From Lytechinus pictus (lineage: Eukaryota), in NCBI RefSeq assembly GCF_037042905.1, contig NC_087245.1:8310001-8374000 (forward strand): a stretch of 64,000 bases of DNA, written 5' to 3'. This document shows positions 55,201-64,000 of the stretch, piece by piece. The translations under genes and the position numbers were made by a program. The notes under the pieces were generated by a model. It did not search any database. It was not told where the DNA came from and worked only from the letters and a program-made list of their open reading frames with translations. Position 1 is the first letter of the stretch. Each line of letters opens with the position of its first letter.

Positions 55201-58200
55201 CTTCCTGTCGTAATATCCCTAAATGTAAGTAATTTGTATGGTTATTTTTCAAATTTTACGCCAAGCATGATCATTTATGTGCTGTACAGTAATTCACTGA
55301 CAGTTGTTATAGAAGCAGTTGGTCTCTTCCAAAGAAACGTCCATGGTTTCACTGAAAATGCTGATAGATGACAATTTGTTTTTCTCATAATCTTAATGAA
55401 GTTGGGGGAGCTTTTTATAAAAGGTTTTGTCAGCGAATGTTAACTACTAATTTTTTTTCGTCCAATTAGATGCAAGAACTTATAACACCTGCAGCTGTTT
55501 GTAAATCATCAACAAAACCCTTCATGAAACACTTCCCCGGGGAGCGTTTCATCAACATTTTTGTCCGACAAGTTGTCAGATCTGACAACTTTCCCTGAAT
55601 CTGATTGACTGAGAGGTACTGTTACTTTGGTAACTGTCTGATAAAACAGGATTTGTCGGATAAAACGTCCAACATTTCCTTCATAAACACTCCCCAGACC
55701 TTACTCCCGAATCCTGAATCATAAAACCATTGACTGTGACTGATGGAGTGTACTAACCTGTAGGAGGATTACAGTCAGTAGGAGGAACAGGGCAGGAACA
55801 CAATTTATCAGTTGGCATACAAACCATTCCATCACCGCAATCATACTGGCTTTCATCACATTGAACATCTATTAATCAAATAGGAATTCAGGTAAAGAGG
55901 TACAGATACAGATAAAGAGAGAGAGGGAGAGAAAGTTGAAAGTTTATAGCATATTGTGTTGCAGATTATTGTTGTCAGATGCGGTTGTGTTATAGGTTTA
56001 GCAATATTTTTCTTAAGTCTTATAATCCCAAAAGGGTTCGAAGGTTCCAATGGCTTGAACATCTCTCTTTCCTGCCACTTTATTAATTCCTTAAATATGT
56101 TGGTCTCGAAGGAAGAACTAGAAGTCCGTGAAATTTTAGTGGCGTGAAATTTTAGTGGAGCTCCCCCCCCCCTCCCCCTATAATTTCCCCCAACATGAAA
56201 TATTAGTAATATGAATGCTATCACTCGAAGTATACACAGCTTAAATTATATTCGGTTATCAATAGTATGAAATTTATTTCATGAATGTTGAAACTTATTC
56301 CTTTCTACATCTTATTCTTATAACTATATCCTCCTTTCTTAAGATATCATTTTATTTATTTATTAAAAAGATTTTTGACCTATTTTAGTTATTCCTCCAT
56401 TTCTATTTTTGTATTCATTTTTAAATTTTTGATCTATTCATTCCTTTCTTCTTCTTCTCCTTCTTTTTGAGGGCGGGATCAATGTTCAGTCTATCACTCT
56501 GTAATAACTAGGGAGAAAAAAAACCGTTAAAGTCAAAGTACTGGAAACAAATTACAATCATGGAAACTGTCTTATATTCCAGACACAGTCTCTGACTTAC
56601 CATTCGTTGACTCCTGGATGACACTGGCATTGAAACCCCTGACCGACACTGCATTGTCAGAGGTGAAGGTAACATAGAGATTCTGATTGCTTGACTGGTA
56701 AGTAATGATACCTGACCGTGTCATAGCACCTGATAGCTCCAGTGGCTGACCGATCGGAGTACTGCCTGAATAGAAGCTTAGAAGATCTCGGATGGGCTCG
56801 GTGTACAAGTCGTTGACATCAATCCTTGGTCTGTAAAGACAGTGTTAAATTGGATCACAGAACAGTGTCGGAATCTTTCAAATCTTCCTTCAATTCATGT
56901 TCCGTCATTATGCTTTTGGTTGCTTAGAATAGAAGACAGATTACACGCCTTTACTTTCATACACCCAGGCAAAAAAAATCATATATGCACCGGTGGTCCT
57001 ATAATTATCAAATTTCAGTTATCACTGAGGAAATGTAAGGAATCGTGAGAGGGTAAAGAAAAGTAATGTACCGTACTTACCTGTATCCAAAAGAAGCAAC
57101 AAACAGCCATGACTGATTTGCATTGAGTGGGTACCTGTCGGGGTAGTTGGGACTAGTTAGGACGTAGGGAGCCGACAGTTCAGTCAGGTCTACCACCACC
57201 AGTTCTGAATATTGAAGAGAAACATAAATCACTAATTGACCATTGCATGCTCAGAGGCAAGTATGCATGCTAGATCTGGGGCCCGTTTCATAAAGAACTT
57301 GCAACTGTTGTAACTTTGCCATTACGGCAACTACCACGGAAACCTTGATTATGATTGGCTGCCGAGTCCTGTTATCATGGTAGTTGCCATTATGGCAAAG
57401 TTAAAACGGTTGCAAGTCCTTTATGAAACGGGCCCCTGGACGATGTGAATGGGAGAAAAGGGAAATAAAGACGGAGGCGGAAAAGGAAGAGAGAGGGGGA
57501 GATTAGGATAGACAGGAACGTAGAGAGAGGTGTGGAAAGAAAATGGAGACGCTAGCTAGCTGAGCAAATGCATGCTTAGGTATAAATCCAGTGAAGCAAA
57601 CAAGATAGACAATAAATACTTTGTAAGGATTTTCATTAGATATATATGCATAATTTTTATTCATAAATTTTTCATTCATGTCCCCATTGATATTTGAATG
57701 GGTCATACGATTAAAGCAACAGAAATGACTAAATAAATAGGAAATAGTAGGTCTAAAAATAAAAGTATTGATTAAATTCACCTAATGTACAATCCTGTTC
57801 ATCTGATTGGTCTGTGCAATCTTGATATCCATCGCACTGATAAACAGCATTATAACACTCGTTTCCTGTCGCACATGGCAACTCACCGGGACGGCATCCA
57901 TCTGGTAATAGACATTGGGAACAAGATGTTTTTTGTATATGATTATATATTATTATTGCTATCAAAATAACGTACATGTTTATCAACATTATTTGTTTGA
58001 AAAGATTTGACAAAGATATATGGGATTACTTGTCGACTAAAAATAATCAAACAAATTATAAAACAGAAACGGGATGAAAAGTCACCTTGTTTAGTGATAT
58101 TTCAATTTCTATAATGAACATCATAGAAAGTGCATAATAGTTTCGATGACTTATTTATATACCCTTCCTTCGTATAAATTGATTAAAACGGAACACACTG

Positions 58201-61200
58201 CAATTAATATCACTACAGTAAAAAATATTAGGACAAACGGTACATTACCAAACAATGTAAAACACAAAAATACAACTTTTCTTTAATCAAACAAGCAAAC
58301 CTTTTATCAGTTTTAATCAACCAAACAAATCTCTCACATTCTCAGTAATGTTTACAACAATCGAAAAAAAAATGATTTGCAAGGGGAAGGTTCATGTCTG
58401 CAGTTTTTCAATGGTATGTTTCAGGAAGAGTTATGCTTGCTTTGCTTACCTTTAACATGTTTAATGATTCTGAGATAAAGCCCTTTGCAATGAAACTTCA
58501 TTAAGACATTTTCACCAAGAAGTCACAAGAGAGAACATGATCAAAGTTACACCTTGTCTCACTTAGTTGTTAAATATTTTTTGTTTAGTTAAAGTACCTG
58601 TGCAACTCTGCTCATCTTGTCCATCTGTACATTGTGATATTCCATCACACTCTTGGTCAGGGTATACATAACAACCACTTCCATCGATACAAACCAACTC
58701 GTTTGGTTCACAATTTGCTATCAAAAGAAATACGAAGGAATATAGAAAGAAACAAACAAATTAGATAAAAACTGCAGGCTTACATTAACTGAAATGTATT
58801 GTCAATGCCAAATACAAGCTTATTCACAATCTTCCTAAAATATCTCACTGTATTTGAATTCAAAGAAGATGGCATTACCTACGTTTCCAAAGTCATGAAT
58901 TTCAAAAGTAATTAACACATTTTCAAGCATTTTTTACAAAACCCCCTATTGCATTAGTTTGTCCATTAATCCCCCATCAAATAATTGCAAAAGTTTCAAT
59001 AATCAATTAAAAATTACAGAAAGGAATATGATTTGGGGACACTGAAGAAAAAAGTGCTAATTAATTGAACAAGTATACAAGATTCTAAATCTATTACTGA
59101 CGAATTTTAAATGGAGTATGACATTAAGTAAAACTTACTTGAACAGAACAATTCATCGGAGCCATCGTCACAATCCTGATTACCATCGCAATATCCTAAT
59201 GGATCGTAGCACCCACCATCATTACAGTCCAGTTGACCAATAGGACAAGCTGAATATCACAGGGAAGAAAAAACGTGCGAAGAAAGTTTACTGACCGACG
59301 TCATTCTGTTGGCTTCTCGACAGACGATATTAACTCACGTTACTCCCGTCCTCTTATTGCTTCTGCTCTAAGACATACCCCTGTACATACACTGGTCTGA
59401 ATTTTAACATCTTTAGAATGAGTTATAATCGAGGGGCGGGGTAATTTGTCTGGTCTTTTTTTTTCTTATTTTACATGAATTAACCAATTTTAATATATAG
59501 ATATACTTGTAGAATACAGTTATTAAAAAAAAAACCTTATGCTCTAATTGATTTTACTCCTTCTATGAGTTAGTAGAAGACACTTTAGGTAAATAGGCAC
59601 TGCGCATTTATATGGCATCAAACACAAGACATCCAAACAGATACATTTTAAAAATATTTAAGTACAAACTATTATGTGGAAATTACACGTCTGTCATATT
59701 CCTATAAACTTACAGCTGCAGAATAGCTCATCAGATTGGTCAAGACAATCAGGAATACCATCACAGTATCCACTAAATGGATAACATCCACTATCAAAAC
59801 ATGTTGATTCAGGGCAAGATGCTATAGAAGAAAACAAGATAAAATCATGATTATAATGAATTGACTTGAAGAATGTAAGAAGGATCCATTAGAATAGAGG
59901 TTGGGCGGCATAATGATGGATCCAAATGAATGGAAGTTGATAATAATCAATCTTTGATATATTTCGCCTAAATGCAGCATCTTTTAAACTTTAAATCAAA
60001 TTTGATCATTCTTCATGATTTTTGTAAATCTGAAATATCTCTTTTCCAATCACGAATAGTCCTGTTTAATACAAATCAATGTGCGAGGTTGGTTGATGAA
60101 ACAATGAACTGCGCGTACTTGGATCCACGATCTATTAAACGAAATCTACATTGCTTTTGAGAACCTCGCACATTTGTTTACATATGATATTGTTTACATT
60201 TTGTTATTTAATTGATGCTTAAAAAACAGTTACATTAATGGACAAGTCCACCCCAACAAAAAGTTGACTTGAATAAAAAGAGAAAAATCCAGCAAGCATA
60301 ACACTGAAAATTTAATCTAAATTGGATATAAAATAAGAAAGTAATGACATTTTTAAATTTCGCTTAATTAAAAAAGTTATATTTACATCCTGGTTGGTAT
60401 GCAAATGATGACATCACCCACTCACTATTTCTTTTGTATTTTATTATATGAAATATGAAATATTCAAATTTTCTCCTCGTTGTCCTGTGGAACAAAATTT
60501 TATTCCTCCCTAAACATGTGGTATTACCATGGTTTTAACATTTCATGGTTCAGTCACGTTGTCCCTCCTTGTCAAATCTGTAAAAATTGAAATATTGTAT
60601 AATTCAAACAATAAAAACAAAATAAATAGTGAGTGAGTGATATCATCGACTCTCTGATTTGCATGTCACTAAGTTGTGCAAATAACTGTTTTGTGAAAAA
60701 TAAGGGAAAATTCAAATTGTCGTTACTTTCTTATTTTACATCCGATTTTGATGAAATCTTCAGCGTTATGCTTGTTTGATTTTCTATATTGATTAAAATT
60801 AAACATTTTCTGGGGTGTACTTGACCGGTAATAAACTGAAAGTAATCTGACCTAAACAGTTATTGGTGTATTACTTACAGCAGGAGTCTTCATCCGATTC
60901 ATCTGTACAATCAAATTCGCCATCACATTGTTTGTCAATCGGATAACATTCGGTTTGATCCAGACAAGGAAGTTCAGTGATGCTACAATTACCACCTGGA
61001 AAATGAACACGATACATTTATTTTCAATTTACAGAATGCATTAAAATATTAATAATAATAATAAACATATACTTTTTTTCGCTGTCCAGTTGCTATATCG
61101 TAAACATTGGCATTTTAATTCATTTGACTTCAATTCGTAAAATTTTCCAATGAGTTAAGACTATGGAAACATCGAGTTTATTTTAAAATGATATTGAGTG

Positions 61201-64000
61201 ATACCAGATGGATTTTTATTGCGATGATTCCTTATCAATATTTAATATTGCATTGTTTGTGGATTGAATATCAATCTTAGTGATTTAGGAATGATAATTA
61301 CAAGCAGAATACTTTCAGGGATGATTTTCAGTGATTGAAATTGCGTTGGACATGGTAGAATAAAACTGAACTATCTTTTAATCGTTTCTTTTATTTACCT
61401 GTACACAATTGTTCATCATATCCATCCAGACATTGTTGAACGCCATCACATATCTGATCGAACCCCACACACCCTAAGCCATCTGGACATAGGATCTCAT
61501 CAGGCTGGCAAGCTTTAAATGCATAATGATGATAATGATAGTAATAGTCATGATGATGATGATAAATATGATTGCAGCACAATAGCAATAACATGAATCA
61601 TAAAATTTAAAAATTGTGAAACAAAAAACTCATGACGAATAAGCTCGTAACCCTTCAGAACAACGAAATGTATCTTGTACACGGTCAGAGTCCTATCTTT
61701 AGAAAGGCGTCACAACTGACATCATAATTTGAAAACAGTAGTACATTATAAGATGTAATAAATGTCAAATTTATATCACTTGAAAGTATGATTTATCAGC
61801 GTTTCAAAGAACATGCATCACTGGACACTATTATTTGAGATTAGTTATACAAAATACCAGCTGATTCACTTCCATTGTACATTGAATAGGCAAAATTTTA
61901 GTGTGCCTTTGAACGATGCATATGCATTTGCTTATCAATAACGTTTTCTTTCAAAAGATTCGTTTAAATCGAACATACGTATGTTCGAAGAAGAAAGTTT
62001 TTAAAACGGTTATGAGATAAGATAATTAGTGAGATCTGTATTTTTTATTCCAATTAGTTTTGATTATTTTATTGCGTCCAAGTAAATTATAGTAACCGAC
62101 ATGCGATTATCATGATTATAGAATTATTGAACACCAAAGGATATATCCATGTTAAGTTAAATGTGCCTAGAAAGCTTCGATATTAGTTTATGAAGCAATT
62201 GATAACAATTGATAACGGCATTAGGTTATGAATAATATTAATGTTTGAGTGATTATATTTGGTATAAAGCGGGCAAACAATTTACCTGGAGCAATCATTT
62301 TATGGGCACAACAATTGTAATACAAAATATTTGCTAACTTGAATAGAACGCACGAGGAGAAAAAACATATTATATACATTACGTGATGACAATAAACCAT
62401 TTTTAGCCTGCTTTGCATTTTTGTTTTATTATTTTTTATTATATCATTACTCAATAAAATAGAACTTTTCAAACAGAAAAAGAAAGGCAAAAAACCAAAA
62501 ATATATTCTCGTATGAGATCAGACCTGGGGATGGAAATGTTGTTGAAACAGGAATGGTCTCAGGAGTGGTCGCAGAAGTGGGCGTGGTCTGGGAAGGATT
62601 GACAGACGTGATTGTAGCATTTGATGTGACCACTGCAGTTGAAGTTTCCTGGATTGCAGTTGTGGTGGGCGTGGTCTGGGAGGGCGTGGTAGTAGATATA
62701 GAGGAGTCTGTTGTGGTTGTGACTGTGAGGGTTATAAACGGACTGCAGCAATGAATTATGGTAGTGGATTCATTGGGGCGTGGTCGCGACAGACGTTACC
62801 TCAAGGTGTGTCTTCTTAAATTTATGGGAGTTTTGCACTGGACCACTTTGTGGACTGACGATGGTAAAGCGTGATTAATTTCTTTCATAAAAAATTGTAG
62901 AGATATGAAGATGGTATGGTTATCAGCAAGCTATTTGATATTTTATATCTATATCAAGATTAATATCTTATTTCGGCGTTAACCAGGGGCGGATCCAGGA
63001 TTTTTCGAAGGGGGGGGGGGCACATTTTCCCCGAGGAAAAAATTGACAAGCAAAAAAAAAAGTTTCAACCAAAAATTAAGGGGATTTCGTCCACGAAAAA
63101 AATTGACAAGCAAAAAAAAAAAAGGTCTTCACTTTCGAAAGGGGGAGCACACTTCTGTTTTAATGGCATCTTTACATTATAAATTTTAAGTGTGCCTCTT
63201 TACCCCCTGGATCCATCAGTGGCGTTAACATATTTTAATGAGGAGGAGAGGGAGGATCCATTTAAATAGGACGTCATATTAATCTCTCAATTGATTTATA
63301 AGTATACATGACTCTTGACCTTTTAATACACTATATTCTTCCTTCCCTTCTACTCTTACTTTTCATTTTTCTTTCCTTCCCCTTTTATTCACTACTTTAA
63401 TTCAATCAAATCAATGATAGCCCCCCCCCCTTAACACCGCTGCCCTTTTTTTTAAAGTAAATAACAGTGAAGGGAAATAAATGGTCGAACGTATACAAAA
63501 AAAATTATGGAACTTCCCAGTGTATTTTTCTTAAAGGTAAATAAAGTTTTAGTTAAATTATACCTCAACCCCACCAACCAATATCCAGAAATAAAAGGAC
63601 CACTGTAATACTTTTTTTTTTCAATCGAAAACTTCTTTTCATTTGATCAATGTGTGAGAAAGGTTGGTGATCGTTAGTAGCGTCAGATCTTCGTATAATT
63701 ATGTAAAGTTTATAAACACAAAAGTTAGAAAAAAAACTATGAATTATGGTTCACAATGTAAATGGATAAAGTGTAATGAATGTGATAAGCAAAACAAACA
63801 AACAAAAAATATATTCTCGTATGAGATCAGACCTGAGGATGGAAATGTTGTTGAAACAGGAATGGTCGCAGAAGTGGGCGCGGTCTGGGAAGGATTGACA
63901 GACGTGATTGGAGCATTTGATGTGACCACTGCAGTTGAAGTTTCCTGGATTGCAGTTGTGGTGGGCGTGGTCTGGGAGGGCGTGGTAGTAGATATAGAGG
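46029..64000 (-). CDS. Mosaic trypsin-family (S1A) serine protease with mucin-like, 11 LDLa, 3 CUB and 1 Frizzled domains (corin/enteropeptidase-like); 5' end lies beyond the window
   Basis: Chain of mostly phase-1 module exons ending in a protease with activation site PR|IIGG, TAAHC, DDITL, YDSCNGDSGGP; TAG at 46029-46031. Confidence 0.92.
46686..46819 (-). CDS. Protease domain exon
   Basis: [44 protein letters not shown]. Confidence 0.92.
47294..47559 (-). CDS. Protease domain exon (catalytic Asp)
   Basis: IIDHPNY...[24 protein letters not shown]...CYAAGWG. Confidence 0.92.
47977..48175 (-). CDS. Activation peptide and catalytic His exon
   Basis: VCGTRP...[17 protein letters not shown]...[17 protein letters not shown]. 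Confidence 0.92.
48660..49001 (-). CDS. Frizzled cysteine-rich domain exon
   Basis: 10 Cys; [22 protein letters not shown]...[10 protein letters not shown]...[13 protein letters not shown]. Confidence 0.88.
49350..49460 (-). CDS. LDLa exon
   Basis: [36 protein letters not shown]. Confidence 0.9.
50333..50692 (-). CDS. CUB domain 3 exon (no Cys)
   Basis: [11 protein letters not shown]...[15 protein letters not shown]...[13 protein letters not shown]...GFYLE. Confidence 0.88.
51678..51809 (-). CDS. Divergent LDLa exon
   Basis: [35 protein letters not shown]. Confidence 0.8.
52507..52732 (-). CDS. CUB domain 2, second exon
   Basis: [22 protein letters not shown]...[23 protein letters not shown]. 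Confidence 0.87.
53218..53348 (-). CDS. CUB domain 2, first exon
   Basis: [29 protein letters not shown]. Confidence 0.87.
54448..54555 (-). CDS. LDLa exon
   Basis: [33 protein letters not shown]. Confidence 0.88.
54994..55095 (-). CDS. LDLa exon
   Basis: [31 protein letters not shown]. Confidence 0.88.
55404..55694. mobile_element. Two adjacent short Harbinger-like MITEs
   Basis: GGGGAGC..TTT.AT / ATGAAACACTTCCCC-type ends repeated in tandem, junction near 55538. Confidence 0.5.
55758..55868 (-). CDS. Divergent LDLa exon
   Basis: [36 protein letters not shown]. Confidence 0.78.
56601..56830 (-). CDS. CUB domain 1, second exon
   Basis: [16 protein letters not shown]...[25 protein letters not shown]. 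Confidence 0.88.
57081..57204 (-). CDS. CUB domain 1, first exon
   Basis: [28 protein letters not shown]. Confidence 0.88.
57279..57435. mobile_element. 157-bp Harbinger-like hairpin MITE; partial relative at ~2946-3060
   Basis: CTG TSD; TIR GGGCCCGTTTCATAAAG.ACTTGCAAC. Confidence 0.8.
57782..57901 (-). CDS. LDLa exon
   Basis: [37 protein letters not shown]. Confidence 0.9.
   Translation of the reverse strand: MDAVPVSCHVRQETSVIMLFISAMDIKIAQTNQMNRIVH
58598..58717 (-). CDS. LDLa exon
   Basis: [38 protein letters not shown]. Confidence 0.88.
59139..59249 (-). CDS. LDLa exon
   Basis: [35 protein letters not shown]. Confidence 0.9.
59714..59821 (-). CDS. LDLa exon
   Basis: [34 protein letters not shown]. 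Confidence 0.9.
60239..60826. mobile_element. Kolobok-like MITE with long imperfect TIRs
   Basis: TTAA on the left flank; GGACAAGTCCACCCC / GGGGTGTACTTGACC ends and mirrored AAAATAAGAAAGT motifs. Confidence 0.6.
60879..60995 (-). CDS. LDLa exon
   Basis: [37 protein letters not shown]. Confidence 0.9.
61399..61512 (-). CDS. LDLa exon
   Basis: [36 protein letters not shown]. Confidence 0.9.
62525..62742 (-). CDS. Mucin-like Ser/Thr/Pro exon (copy 1)
   Basis: [35 protein letters not shown]...TTFPSP; weak CAG|GTCTGA donor, phase 1. Confidence 0.6.
62800..62881 (-). CDS. Putative short linker exon
   Basis: [26 protein letters not shown]; phases 1 and 2 bridge the two mucin exons if a 57-nt intron is used. 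Confidence 0.35.
62984..63221. mobile_element. hAT-like MITE with 8-bp TSD
   Basis: TSD GCGTTAAC at 62976-62983 and 63222-63229; ends CAGGGGCGGATCCAGG / CCTGGATCCATCAGTG. Confidence 0.75.
63833..64000 (-). CDS. Mucin-like Ser/Thr/Pro exon (copy 2, cut by window edge)
   Basis: [55 protein letters not shown]. Confidence 0.6.

Noticed and set aside
62560..62751. His/Cys/Asn-rich 63-aa ORF (minus) and Val-rich ORF (plus)
   Set aside because: Alternative frame and antisense reading of the Thr/Ser/Pro mucin exon

Overview
AT-rich, intron-rich animal genomic DNA. The repeat landscape suggests an invertebrate deuterostome, possibly a sea urchin (inference only). Three spliced genes were reconstructed by hand with GT-AG boundaries and consistent phases. 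(1) MICOS subunit MIC27/APOOL on the minus strand, coding exons 3618-9879, first exon uncertain. (2) PRPF6 on the plus strand, 24 exons, 14555-41740, 2799 nt / 932 aa, head-to-head with MIC27. (3) The 3' part of a large mosaic trypsin-like serine protease on the minus strand, 46029 to beyond 64000, with architecture mucin-like S/T/P - LDLa x6 - CUB - LDLa x3 - CUB - LDLa - CUB - LDLa - Frizzled CRD - protease. Its three CUB domains contain no cysteine and two LDLa modules lack the acidic calcium cage. Introns and intergenic DNA hold many non-autonomous transposons: Harbinger-like MITEs including four copies of one ~1 kb family around the shared promoter, Kolobok-, hAT- and Tc1/pogo-like elements, two Helentron-like (HINE) elements with internal tandem repeats, SINE fragments, and a LINE nested inside another LINE that retains a 14-bp TSD. 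No prokaryotic-type system, CRISPR array, tRNA or rRNA gene was seen.
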